Made by a program: the position numbers and the translations under genes. Below the pieces are notes generated by a model. The model was not told the origin of the DNA. It worked only from the letters and a program-made list of their open reading frames with translations, and did no database searches. This document shows, one piece after another, positions 1-10,827 of a stretch of 57,386 bases of DNA. Position 1 is the stretch's first letter. Every line of letters begins with the position of its first letter. This DNA comes from Acidobacteriota bacterium (GTDB lineage: Bacteria; Acidobacteriota; Vicinamibacteria; Vicinamibacterales; Fen-181), in assembly GCA_025363775.1 (NCBI GenBank), contig JANYLG010000005.1:1-57386 (forward strand), written 5' to 3'.

Positions 1-96
1 CACGGGGCCGTCCAGCGGGGCGTCGAGCGGCGAACCGCAGGCCAGGCACAGCGGGGCGAAGAGAACGGAGAGGAGGCTATTGGAGAAATGAAGAAT
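1..96 (-). CDS. ComF-family protein, N-terminal fragment (runs off the window edge; start uncertain)
   Basis: Minus frame reads ...NSLLSVLFAPLCLACGSPLDAPLDGPV, resembling the 'LF-P-CxxC' zinc-ribbon N-terminus of ComF/GntX. Start is either ATT at 96 after GGAGG or ATG at 153. Confidence 0.55.
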   Translation of the reverse strand, partial: MLHFSNSLLSVLFAPLCLACGSPLDAPLDGPV

Positions 97-480
97 GGGG
101 CTCCTCCGGCAGCGTGACGCGCTCGGAGCTGCCCCACAGCCGCTCGAGCGCATAGAACTCACGCCGTTCGCTGCTGAAGACGTGGACCACGAAATCGAAG
201 TAGTCGAGCAGCACCCAGTCGCCGCGCTCGAATCCCTCGACGTGCGCCGGCTTCACCCGCTCCTTCCGGAGCGACTCCTCGACGGCGTCGGCAATCGCCT
301 GGACCTGCCGCGCGTTCCGCCCAGAGCAGATCACGAAGAAATCGGTGAACGCGTCGAGCGACCGCAGGTCCAGGACCTGGAGGTCGATCGCCTTCTTGTC
401 CCGGGCCGCCTGCACCGTGCGTTCGATGGCGGCCGGGAGTCGGTGCTTCTTCGAGGAACTCGTCCGATTCTCGGGTGTGC

Positions 481-484
<4 letters not shown>
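77..484 (-). CDS. rsfS: Ribosome silencing factor RsfS (Iojap)
   Basis: Motifs DKKAIDL..LDL, DFFVICSG, QVQAIAD, WVLLDY..VVHVF, R.FY.LERLW. ATG at 484 overlaps the nadD stop (ATGA). Confidence 0.95.
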
Positions 485-2216
<1,732 letters not shown>

Positions 2217-2474
2217 CTATTCGACCGGCAGGACGCTGATTTTTCGGCCGTGCGCGCCGTGATCCTCGAAGCGCACGCTCCCGGTGATCTTCGCAAAGAG
2301 CGAATGGTCCTTGGCGAGGCCCACGTTGAGGCCGGCGTCGAACCGCCGCCCATGCTGCCGCACGAGGATCGATCCGCCCGTGACGATGTTGCCGTCAAAG
2401 CGTTTCACGCCCAGCCGCTGGGAATTGCTGTCGCGGCCGTTGCGCGAACTGCCTTGTCCTTTCTTGTGTGCCAT
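2217..2474 (-). CDS. rpmA: 50S ribosomal protein L27
   Basis: [24 protein letters not shown] signature. Confidence 0.99.
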   Translation of the reverse strand: MAHKKGQGSSRNGRDSNSQRLGVKRFDGNIVTGGSILVRQHGRRFDAGLNVGLAKDHSLFAKITGSVRFEDHGAHGRKISVLPVE

Positions 2475-2533
2475 GAGAACTCACCCAATTCATGCCGCCC
2501 AGATCGCCTTCCAGCCCGCGTCGTCCGCGACGG

Positions 2534-2848
2534 CTAGAGAACGATCTCCTTGACCGTGACGCGCGTATAGGTGCTGCGATGCCCCATGGTCCGCCGCATC
2601 CCCTTGCGCCGCTTCTTCTTGAAGACCCGGATCTTGGGGCCCCGCGCCACGCCGTCCACGACGGCCACGACCCGAGCGCCCGCCAGGAACGGCGCGCCAG
2701 CCATCAGCTCGCCGCCGTCCTTTTCGATCATCAGCACCTGGTCGAAGTTGACCTCTGCGCCCTTCTCGTTGCCGAGATTATCGACAACGAGCGTCTCGCC
2801 CGGGATCATCTTCACCTGGTGGCCGCCGCACTGGACAATCGCGTACAC
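2534..2848 (-). CDS. rplU: 50S ribosomal protein L21
   Basis: (M)YAIVQCGGHQ...KIRVFKKKRRKG.RR..GHR. GTG start at 2848 with AGGAGA SD; canonical rplU-rpmA-obgE order. Confidence 0.97.
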   Translation of the reverse strand: MYAIVQCGGHQVKMIPGETLVVDNLGNEKGAEVNFDQVLMIEKDGGELMAGAPFLAGARVVAVVDGVARGPKIRVFKKKRRKGMRRTMGHRSTYTRVTVKEIVL

Positions 2849-3002
2849 GCCTGTATCTCCTGTCGCTGCTGCCTCGCCGCACCTATAAGCACGGGCGGAG
2901 GCGGGCATGCAAACCCCTGCCGGGCATTCCCGGCCAGCGGGAAACCCTTAGCCTACCATCAAACGGCAGAATTTGGAAGACCGGTGCGACCATATGGTCG
3001 CC

Positions 3003-3031
3003 GTAGGGGCTGGTTTGAAACCCGCCCCTAC
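3003..3031. repeat. GTAG-family REP-like palindrome
   Basis: GTAGGGGCTGGTTTGAAACCCGCCCCTAC inverted repeat; it overlaps the stop codon of the minus-strand lipoprotein gene. Confidence 0.75.
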
Positions 3032-3813
3032 TTGAGCAGCACGCGCGTCCCCCGGATCTTCTGGCTGCTGAGCGTGCCGAGGAAGCCCGGGATCAGGCGG
3101 TCCATCAGCTCGAAGTAGGACGAGAGCGCCGGCGTGTCCTGGTTGGGGTTGTAGAGCACTTCCTCTCGGAACACCTCCGAGTGCAGCGTGGCGCCGGTGC
3201 GTCCGTCGATGAACACGAACTTCGGCCTGAGGATGTACCCCTTCCGCTCCATGTACGTGCGGACCGGGTCAACGCTTCGCCGCCCGTACTGATCGATGAC
3301 CTCTCGTTCGCGCTGGACGAATCCCGCGCTGGCGTGAGGCGTGAACAGGACCGTGCCGGTGACGATCAGCGGGTTCTGGAATTCCTCGCCCAGCTTCTTC
3401 CAGTAGTTCGTGTTGGCGAAGACGAAGTCGTACGCGTCGAGGTCCTTCTCGTCCTTGATGAGGGTGGGCAGGGGCAACACGGGGTTCGGCTGCGCGGTCG
3501 ACGCGGTGCCGTCTGCGTCCGGTCGCGGCTGTTGGGCGGCGATCTCGGTCAGCGAGATGACGTCCGCTTCGATCACCTTCATGCTCGACTTGGTTCGCAG
3601 TTGGCTGCGAAGCAGGCGCACCGTCTCGAGGTTGGCGTCCACATCTTCCGCGCCGCCGGCGATGAACCCAGCCACCAGCACGCGCTGGAACGGCGACGTG
3701 TCGAGCTTTGGCTGGATCGGCGTCTCGAGAGGGATCTCGACCACGCTCGTGCAGGTGGCGAGGGCCAGCGCGGCCACGAGGCTAGCGAGTGTGACGGCGG
3801 CTCGCGCGGTCAT
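3028..3813 (-). CDS. Hypothetical lipoprotein
   Basis: ATG at 3813; hydrophobic signal with lipobox-like ALATC; host-like codon usage; overlaps the upstream TPR gene. Confidence 0.75.
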   Translation of the reverse strand: MTARAAVTLASLVAALALATCTSVVEIPLETPIQPKLDTSPFQRVLVAGFIAGGAEDVDANLETVRLLRSQLRTKSSMKVIEADVISLTEIAAQQPRPDADGTASTAQPNPVLPLPTLIKDEKDLDAYDFVFANTNYWKKLGEEFQNPLIVTGTVLFTPHASAGFVQREREVIDQYGRRSVDPVRTYMERKGYILRPKFVFIDGRTGATLHSEVFREEVLYNPNQDTPALSSYFELMDRLIPGFLGTLSSQKIRGTRVLLK

Positions 3814-4138
3814 TGATTTCCTTGAAGAACTCGTAGTTCTGGCGGATGGACACATTCTTCGGGTCGAGTTCGAGGGCCTTGTCGTACGCCTTGCGCGCCT
3901 TCTCGACCATCCCTTCGTGCTCGTATGCAACGGCCAGGTTGTTGTACGCCGCAGCGTACTTCGGGTCGAGATCTGCGGCCTTTTCCCAGCGATACAGCGC
4001 CTCTTTCCAGAGGCCCTTGTTGGCGACGTCGATGCCGAACTGAACCTGGGCCTGTGCGTCCCGATGAGGGCCGCCGGCCAGCGCCAGCCTCGCGCCCAGC
4101 GCGAGCACCAGAACAGCGAAGGCGATGGTCTTGCGCAT
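3782..4138 (-). CDS. Secreted tetratricopeptide-repeat protein
   Basis: Signal peptide, then TPR pattern (AYNNLAVAYE..G..EKA..AY.KALELDP). Confidence 0.9.
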   Translation of the reverse strand: MRKTIAFAVLVLALGARLALAGGPHRDAQAQVQFGIDVANKGLWKEALYRWEKAADLDPKYAAAYNNLAVAYEHEGMVEKARKAYDKALELDPKNVSIRQNYEFFKEINDRASRRHTR

Positions 4139-4159
4139 CTATGCTCCCGGATTCTCTCA

Positions 4160-4188
4160 ACTATAAGCTTTCGCCAGTGGCGGTGCAA
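4160..4188 (-). promoter_or_regulatory. sigma70-type promoter for the TPR/lipoprotein genes
   Basis: TTGCAC-17 nt-TATAGT on the minus strand, about 20 nt upstream of the ATG. Confidence 0.55.
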
Positions 4189-4261
4189 TCTTCCGACGCC
4201 GGGACCACGAGCCGGCCGACCACCACGGTCTTTCTTCCCGGACGTCGAAGACTCCATCTGG

Positions 4262-4277
4262 AAGGGTCCGACCCCTT
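4262..4277. repeat. Short imperfect palindrome (GGGTCCGACCCC type)
   Basis: AAGGGTCCGACCCCTT in the divergent intergenic region. Confidence 0.35.
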
Positions 4278-4314
4278 ATTTTTCTATGAGGACGAGAATT
4301 CCTCTTGCTTCCAC

Positions 4315-4343
4315 TTGCGCGGGCGGCGCCCGACGCCTATATT
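4315..4343 (+). promoter_or_regulatory. sigma70-type promoter for dprA-topA-trmFO-xerC
   Basis: TTGCGC-17 nt-TATATT, followed by a GC-rich leader containing hairpins. Confidence 0.45.
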
Positions 4344-4525
4344 TCAGGTTGAGGTCGGGTGCCGGCCGCCTGTTCCGGGCGGCCGACCTGGCTTTGCCCT
4401 GCGCCAGGCCCGCCGCCACACTTTCTCTTTGCTGTCCCCGGCGTCCACGTCACATCGCAAAGCGGTCCGCCGCCTGACTACGTCGCCTGGCTACGCCGCC
4501 TGGCTACAAAGTGTGGAGCTGTCAT

Positions 4526-5593
4526 ATGTTGCCCATTCTCGACCTCGTCGCGCTGTCTTCCTGCCATATGGCTTTGCGGGTGAAGGCCCTCGACATCTTG
4601 CGCGCGCAACCAGGCCTCCTCTCGCTCGAGGCCGTGCTCGAGGCGGTTCCCGACGCCAGACTGCCACCCGGCCTCGCCTCCCGGCTGCGGATTCACGCCG
4701 CGAAGGCGCTCGCGGCCGCGCGCCGCGGCGGGATTGAGCCGATTGCCTGGGGCGATACGCGCTATCCTCTGTTGCTGGCTCAGATTCCCGACGCGCCGCT
4801 GGTCCTCTGGACAAAGGGTGACCACGAAGTCCTCTCCCACCCTACCGTCGCGATCGTCGGATCCCGGGCGGCCACGCCCTACGGTCTCGAGGCCGCCTCA
4901 CGCCTGGCCGGCGACCTCACCGCCGCCGGGGCCCTTGTGATCAGCGGGTTGGCGCGCGGCGTGGATTCCGCCGCACATCGCGCCGCCCTCGCGGCCGGGG
5001 GAGAGACGGTCGCCGTCCTGGGGTCTGGTGTGGACGTCATCTATCCGCCGGAGCACCAGATGTTGGCGGTCGAGATCGCGAGCCGCGGGGCGCTCGTCAG
5101 CGAACTGCCGCCGGGGACGCCACCTTGCGCCTTCCATTTTCCGGCCCGAAACCGTATCATCAGCGGCCTCTCGCTGGCGGTGGTGGTCGTGGAGGCGGCA
5201 GAGCGGAGCGGGTCGCTCATCACCGCGGGCTGCGCCCTCGACCAGGGAAGGGCGGTCATGGCCGTGCCCGGCAGCGTGCTGTCCGGCCGGCACAAGGGCT
5301 CCCACGCCCTGATCCGTGACGGCGCGGCCGTCGTGGAGTCGGCCGAGGATGTTCTCGCCGAACTGCGCACCAGCTCGCTGCGGCCCGCGGCTCCTGTGGC
5401 CGGAGATGCCCCGCTGTCAGACCCGATCGTCGCTCGGATGTCCGCCGGCGAGACCTACGACGTGGAAGGGCTTGGACGCGCCACGGGCCTTTCGCCCGCC
5501 CAGTTGTTGCCCCGGCTGCTCGAACTGGAGCTGCGCGGGGCCGTCCGCCGACTGGACGGGGGGAGATTCGTTCGAGCCGGTCGAACGTGCTAA
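4526..5593 (+). CDS. dprA: DNA-processing protein DprA
   Basis: VAIVGSR, SGLARGVD.AAH, FPARNRIISGLS, VVEA..SGSL.TA and a C-terminal winged helix. ATG 4526 follows GGAG. Confidence 0.95.
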   Translation: MLPILDLVALSSCHMALRVKALDILRAQPGLLSLEAVLEAVPDARLPPGLASRLRIHAAKALAAARRGGIEPIAWGDTRYPLLLAQIPDAPLVLWTKGDHEVLSHPTVAIVGSRAATPYGLEAASRLAGDLTAAGALVISGLARGVDSAAHRAALAAGGETVAVLGSGVDVIYPPEHQMLAVEIASRGALVSELPPGTPPCAFHFPARNRIISGLSLAVVVVEAAERSGSLITAGCALDQGRAVMAVPGSVLSGRHKGSHALIRDGAAVVESAEDVLAELRTSSLRPAAPVAGDAPLSDPIVARMSAGETYDVEGLGRATGLSPAQLLPRLLELELRGAVRRLDGGRFVRAGRTC

Positions 5594-5614
5594 CGTAAGG
5601 CCCCAGATACACTG

Positions 5615-8356
5615 ATGCCTAAATCACTTGTCATCGTTGAATCGCCTGCCAAGGTGAAAACGCTCTCTCGCTTCCTCGGCCCCAACTACCGGGTGGAGGC
5701 GAGCTTCGGTCATATCCGGGATCTTCCCGAGAGCGCCGACGAGGTGCCTGCTGAGATTCGCGACAAGTCCTGGGGCAACCTGGGAGTTGATACGGACGGC
5801 GACTTCAAGCCCTACTACGTCATCCCGGCGTCCAAGCGGCGCCATGTCACCACGTTGCGGGCGGCCATGAAGGACGCCTCCGAGGTGCTCCTGGCGACAG
5901 ACCCCGACCGCGAAGGCGAATCGATCAGCCAGCATCTCAAGGAAGTTCTGAAGCCCAAGGTTCCCGTCCGGCGGGTCACGTTTCACGAAATCACCCGCGA
6001 GGCGGTCGAAGCAGCGGTGGCCGGTGCGCACGACCTCGACGAGAACCTCGTCAGGGCCCAGGAAAGCCGTCGAATTCTCGACCGGCTCTACGGGTACACC
6101 CTGTCCCCTGTGCTCTGGAAGAAAGTGCGGACCGGCTTGAGCGCCGGGCGTGTACAGAGCGTGGCCGTCCGGCTCATCGTCGAGCGCGAGGAGGCCCGGC
6201 GGGCGTTCCGCAGCAGCACCTACTGGGATATCGAGGCCCGCCTCTCGGCAGAAAACCGGGAGTTCGGGGCGGTGCTCTCGCGCGTCGGCGACCAACGGGT
6301 GGCGACGGGCAGGGATTTCGACTCGACGACAGGGGCGCTGGCGACCAGGAGCGTTCGACATCTTGACGAGCGCACGGCGCGGCAGTTGGCGCAGGTGCTG
6401 GAGCAGCACCTTCCGTGGAAGGTGACGGCCGTGGACGAACGGCCGGGGACCGAGCGCCCGGCGCCTCCCTTCACCACGTCCACGCTCACGCAGGAGGCGA
6501 GCCGGAAGCTGGGTTTCTCCACGAGCCGGACGATGCGGATCGCCCAGCGGCTCAAGGACGGCGTCGAGCTGTCCGACGGGACGATCGAGGGCATCATCAC
6601 GTATCACAGGACGGATTCGACGACGCTCAGCGACAAGGCGCTGCGCGAGTCGGGCCTTGCCATCCGCGAGATGTTCGGCGACGAATACTACCAGGGGCCG
6701 CGGCGGTACCAGACGCAGGTCCGAAATGCCCAGGAAGCGCACGAAGCCATCCGGCCCACCGAGTTCACTTTGACGCCCCAGCGGCTGGCGGGGGGCCTCA
6801 ACGCTGACGAACTGCGACTCTACGACCTCATCTGGAAGCGGACGATGGCGTCGCAGATGCCGGACGCGCGCGTCCTGAAAACCACCGTCGAGTTCACCGC
6901 CTCCGGGCCTGCGGGCGAGACGTGCGTGCTGACGGCTTCCGGCAAGGCTATAGAGTTCGCGGGCTACCGTCGGGCCTACGTCGAGGGCAGCGACGACCCG
7001 GACAGCGAGCTGGAAGCGCAGGACACGATCCTGCCGGCCTTCAAGCCAGGCGACCTCGTCGCGGCACCCGGGCAGGCGGCCGCCGGCGTGGACAGGCCGA
7101 AGGCCGTCCTTGCGCGCGTCGATCCAAAGAAGCACGAAACGACGCCGCCGGCGCGGTTCACGGAAGCATCGCTGATCAAGAAGCTCGAAGAAGAGGGAAT
7201 TGGCAGGCCCTCCACCTACGAGCCGACGATCGAGACGATTCTGCGGCGCGGCTACGTGTTCCGGCAGGGCAAGGCGCTCGTGCCGAGCTTCACGGCCTTC
7301 GCGGTCACACGCCTGCTGCGCGACCACTTTGCGGACTTCGTGGACATCGGGTTCACCGCGGAGATGGAGAAGGACCTCGACGAGATCTCGAACGGCGAGC
7401 GTTCCTGGCTCGATTTCATCCGCGAGTTCTTCCGCGGCGATGGCAAGCAGCGCCGGGGTCTCGAGGCAATGGCCCGGGATGGCGAGCAGCGGATCGACTA
7501 CCCGGTGGTGGCCATCGGGGTGGATCCGGAGAGTGGCCAGGAGATCCGGGTACGCATCGGGAAGTTCGGCCCGTTCCTCCAGGTCGGCGACGGGGGCGCG
7601 GGCAACACGGCGTCGCTGCCCGACGACCTCCCGCCGGCGGATCTCACCGTGGAGAAGGCCATGTCACTGGTTCGGGCGAAGGCTGCCGGGCCGCGGGATC
7701 TTGGCATCGACCCGGCCACCGATCAGCACGTGTACCTCGCGACCGGTCGCTTCGGCCCCTACGTGCAGCTTGGCGAGACACCGGAGAAACCGGCGAAACC
7801 GGCGAAGGGCACGAAGGCCGAGAAGCCCAAGCGGGCGTCGTTGCCGCGCGGTGTCACGGAAGCGGAGATCGATATGGCGCTGGCGCTGCGCCTGCTCAGC
7901 CTGCCGCGCCGGCTCGGCAACCACCCCGAGGACGGCCAGGATATCGTGGCCAGCGCGGGCCGCTTCGGACCGTACGTGAAGCACGGGGACGAGTTCCGGT
8001 CGCTCGACCCTGACGATGATGTCTACACGGTGAGTCTGGAGCGCGCCTTGGCCCTGTTCGCGGCGCCAAAGCAAACCAGGCGGCGCCAGTCGGCTACCCG
8101 AACGGTGCTGCGCGAGCTTGGCGTCCGCGAGGACACGGGTGTCGCGGTCACGTTGCTCGAGGGGCGATACGGGCCGTACGTGTCCGACGGGACGACCAAC
8201 GCGTCGCTGGCGAAGGGCGCCGACCCGGCGAACATCGGCATGCGCGAGGCCATCGACCTGCTCGAGGCTCGGGCGGCGGCGGGGCCGAAGAAAAAGGGGA
8301 CGCGCCGCGCCGCGACCGGTGGCCGAAAGCGCAAGCAGCCGGTCGGGGTGTCGTAA
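5615..8356 (+). CDS. topA: DNA topoisomerase I (C-terminal Topo_C repeats, no zinc ribbons)
   Basis: LVIVESPAK, ATDPDREGE, SAGRVQS, ITYHRTD (catalytic Tyr), GIGRPSTY; four G[RK][FY]GP[YF] repeats and a basic tail. Confidence 0.98.
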   Translation: MPKSLVIVESPAKVKTLSRFLGPNYRVEASFGHIRDLPESADEVPAEIRDKSWGNLGVDTDGDFKPYYVIPASKRRHVTTLRAAMKDASEVLLATDPDREGESISQHLKEVLKPKVPVRRVTFHEITREAVEAAVAGAHDLDENLVRAQESRRILDRLYGYTLSPVLWKKVRTGLSAGRVQSVAVRLIVEREEARRAFRSSTYWDIEARLSAENREFGAVLSRVGDQRVATGRDFDSTTGALATRSVRHLDERTARQLAQVLEQHLPWKVTAVDERPGTERPAPPFTTSTLTQEASRKLGFSTSRTMRIAQRLKDGVELSDGTIEGIITYHRTDSTTLSDKALRESGLAIREMFGDEYYQGPRRYQTQVRNAQEAHEAIRPTEFTLTPQRLAGGLNADELRLYDLIWKRTMASQMPDARVLKTTVEFTASGPAGETCVLTASGKAIEFAGYRRAYVEGSDDPDSELEAQDTILPAFKPGDLVAAPGQAAAGVDRPKAVLARVDPKKHETTPPARFTEASLIKKLEEEGIGRPSTYEPTIETILRRGYVFRQGKALVPSFTAFAVTRLLRDHFADFVDIGFTAEMEKDLDEISNGERSWLDFIREFFRGDGKQRRGLEAMARDGEQRIDYPVVAIGVDPESGQEIRVRIGKFGPFLQVGDGGAGNTASLPDDLPPADLTVEKAMSLVRAKAAGPRDLGIDPATDQHVYLATGRFGPYVQLGETPEKPAKPAKGTKAEKPKRASLPRGVTEAEIDMALALRLLSLPRRLGNHPEDGQDIVASAGRFGPYVKHGDEFRSLDPDDDVYTVSLERALALFAAPKQTRRRQSATRTVLRELGVREDTGVAVTLLEGRYGPYVSDGTTNASLAKGADPANIGMREAIDLLEARAAAGPKKKGTRRAATGGRKRKQPVGVS

Positions 8357-8366
8357 GCGCAGCGCC

Positions 8367-9746
8367 ATGATCCACATCCTGGGCGGCGGCCTGGCCGGGT
8401 CAGAGGCCGCGTGGCAGGCGGCCTCGCGCGGCCAGCGGGTGGTGGTCCACGAGATGAGGCCGGTGCGTTCGACCGAGGTCCACCGTACCGACTGCCTCGC
8501 GGAACTGGTGTGCAGCAATTCCTTCCGAAGCGACAAGCTCGATAACGCCGTCGGCCTCCTGAAGGAGGAGATGCGGCGCCTTGGTTCGCTCATCATGCGC
8601 GTGGCCGACGAGGTGCGCGTGCCGGCAGGCGCCGCGCTCGCCGTGGACCGGGAGCGGTTCGCCGAAGGGGTCACGCGGGAAATCGTGTCGCACCCTGGCA
8701 TCACCGTTGTGCGGGAGGAACTGACCGACGTGCCGGACCCCGCCGTCGCCGGAGGCCCGGTCATCATCGCGACCGGTCCGCTCACCTCGCCATCCCTGTC
8801 CGAGCGGATCGCCGCGCTCGTGGGCCACAGCCAGTTGTACTTCTACGACGCGGTGAGCCCGATCGTCCTCGCCGACTCGATCGACAGGTCGCGCGTCTTC
8901 CGGGCGTCACGATGGTCGAGGAGCTTGCGCGGCCCCGCGGCCCCCGAGCCCCCGGCGCCAGCGTGTGCCGTGGATGAGGGGGAGGGGGACTACCTCAACT
9001 GCCCATTCACGGCGCAGGAGTACGAGACGTTCTACCAGGCCCTCACCACGGCAGAGCGTGCGACTGTGCACGACGTCGAGAAGGAGAAGTTCTTCGAGGG
9101 GTGCCTGCCGATCGAGGTCATGGCGCACCGCGGCGTTGACACGCTGCGTTTCGGGCCGATGAAGCCCGTCGGGTTGATCGAGCCGCGCACCGGGCGCCAG
9201 GCGTACGCGATCGTACAGTTGCGCCAGGACAACATGGCCGCCGACCATTTCAGCCTGGTGGGATTCCAGACGCAGCTGAAGTGGGGAGAGCAGGCGCGTG
9301 TGTTCAGGCTGATTCCGGGGCTCGAGCACGCCGAGTTCGTCCGCTTCGGCCTGGTGCATCGCAACACGTACATCAATGGGCCGGCCGTGCTGGCCGAGAC
9401 GTGGCAGGTCCGATCGCGCCCGGACCTGTTCTTCGCGGGACAGATCTCGGGCGTCGAGGGCTACGTGGAGTCCGCGGCTTCGGGCCTGCTGGCGGGGATC
9501 AACGCCGCTGCCGTCGCGGACGGCCGCGCCCCGTCGGCGCCGCCGCGCACCACGGCCATGGGCGCGCTGGCCTACTACGCGTCGCATGCCGACGCCAGAC
9601 ACTACCAGCCGAGCAACATCACGTTCGGGATCATGGCGCCGCTCGAACAGATGGACCGTCGCCTGCGCCGAGACCGGAAGGCAAGAAACGAGGCGATCTC
9701 GGCGAGGGCGCTGGCCGACCTGGGACTATGGATTGGAATCGAGTAG
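8367..9746 (+). CDS. trmFO: Folate-dependent tRNA (uracil-5-)-methyltransferase TrmFO
   Basis: GGGLAGSEAAWQ, ELVCSNS, FYDAVSPIV, FGPMKPVGL, GQISGVEGYVESAASG. Confidence 0.97.
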   Translation: MIHILGGGLAGSEAAWQAASRGQRVVVHEMRPVRSTEVHRTDCLAELVCSNSFRSDKLDNAVGLLKEEMRRLGSLIMRVADEVRVPAGAALAVDRERFAEGVTREIVSHPGITVVREELTDVPDPAVAGGPVIIATGPLTSPSLSERIAALVGHSQLYFYDAVSPIVLADSIDRSRVFRASRWSRSLRGPAAPEPPAPACAVDEGEGDYLNCPFTAQEYETFYQALTTAERATVHDVEKEKFFEGCLPIEVMAHRGVDTLRFGPMKPVGLIEPRTGRQAYAIVQLRQDNMAADHFSLVGFQTQLKWGEQARVFRLIPGLEHAEFVRFGLVHRNTYINGPAVLAETWQVRSRPDLFFAGQISGVEGYVESAASGLLAGINAAAVADGRAPSAPPRTTAMGALAYYASHADARHYQPSNITFGIMAPLEQMDRRLRRDRKARNEAISARALADLGLWIGIE

Positions 9747-9770
9747 GGGCGATCGGCCGGTCGCCCCGAC
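9743..9770 (+). repeat. GTAG-family REP-like palindrome
   Basis: GTAGGGGCGATCGGCCGGTCGCCCCGAC; its TAG is the trmFO stop codon. Confidence 0.7.
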
Positions 9771-9786
9771 GGACCACTGCTGAATC

Positions 9787-10776
9787 GTGAAAATCCTCCT
9801 CCGCGCCTTCCTCGCGTTTCTGCGGTTGAACCGCAACGCCTCGGCGCACACTGTCCGGGCATACGAAGGAGACCTGTCGCAGTTCATCACCTATCTGGCG
9901 GGGCAGTATCAGCGGCCGCGGCCGCTGATACTGCCATCCGACATCACCCGGCCGACGATCAGGGGGTTCCTGGCGGATCTGTTCCGGCGAGGCGAGTCGC
10001 GGGCGAGCGCCGCGCGCAAGCTGGCGGCCGTGCGTGCATTCCTCCGGTACTTGAGGCGAGAGGGGTTGATCGAGTCGGATCCGGGGCTGCTCGTGGCCAC
10101 GCCGAAACGTGAGCAGAAGATCCCGCTCCACCTCGAGGTGGACGAGATGACGCGGCTGCTCGAGACGCCTGATACGTCGGGACCGCTCGGGCGCCGCGAC
10201 CGCGCGATCCTCGAGGTGCTCTACGCGTCGGGACTGCGCCTCGGCGAGCTGGTCGGCCTCGACCTCGAGGACATGAACCTCGGAAGCCGGATGGTGCGGG
10301 TGATGGGGAAGGGACGCAAGGAGCGCCTTGTGCCCTTCAACCAGAGCGCGACCGCAGCCGTGCGCGCCTGGTTGCCCGACAGAGAGACGTTGTGGAGGCA
10401 GGCCACACCCGACAGCGGACAGCCGACAGCCGTCAGCAGACAGCGGACAGCTGCGAGCCGCCGCGCCGGCCCCAATGACGAACCCCTCTTCCTGAACTAT
10501 CGCGGCACGCGCCTGTCAGGCCGACACGTCCACCGCCTCGTGCGACATTACGTGGCGGCCTGCAGCCTGCGCTTCGGCATCAGCCCGCACGCCATCCGCC
10601 ACTCGTTTGCGACGCACCTGCTCGAAGCGGGCGCCGACCTGCGCGCGATCCAGGAACTGCTGGGACACGTGCGGCTGAGTACCACGCAGCGCTACACCCA
10701 CCTCGACGCCACCCACTTGATGGACGTGTATCGCCGTGCGCATCCGCGCGCCGGCCTCGTCGCCGGGAAGACGTAG
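9787..10776 (+). CDS. xerC: Tyrosine recombinase XerC
   Basis: Catalytic R (SGLR), K (GKG.KER), HxxR (HAIRH), H (LGH) and Y (TQRYTH); located after trmFO. Confidence 0.9.
   Translation: MKILLRAFLAFLRLNRNASAHTVRAYEGDLSQFITYLAGQYQRPRPLILPSDITRPTIRGFLADLFRRGESRASAARKLAAVRAFLRYLRREGLIESDPGLLVATPKREQKIPLHLEVDEMTRLLETPDTSGPLGRRDRAILEVLYASGLRLGELVGLDLEDMNLGSRMVRVMGKGRKERLVPFNQSATAAVRAWLPDRETLWRQATPDSGQPTAVSRQRTAASRRAGPNDEPLFLNYRGTRLSGRHVHRLVRHYVAACSLRFGISPHAIRHSFATHLLEAGADLRAIQELLGHVRLSTTQRYTHLDATHLMDVYRRAHPRAGLVAGKT
10411..10452 (+). repeat. Six-copy heptamer tandem repeat (GACAGCN) inside xerC
   Basis: GACAGCG GACAGCC GACAGCC GTCAGCA GACAGCG GACAGCT; 42 bp, frame-preserving. Confidence 0.8.
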
Positions 10777-10827
10777 TGAGAAACGTGCCTCACGTGTCAC
10801 GACCCTGGCTGTGGACCGTGTCTTGCG

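Noticed and set aside
9787..10776. Phage or island integrase
   Set aside because: Sequence and the topA-trmFO context fit housekeeping XerC; no att repeats, tRNA or phage genes were seen.
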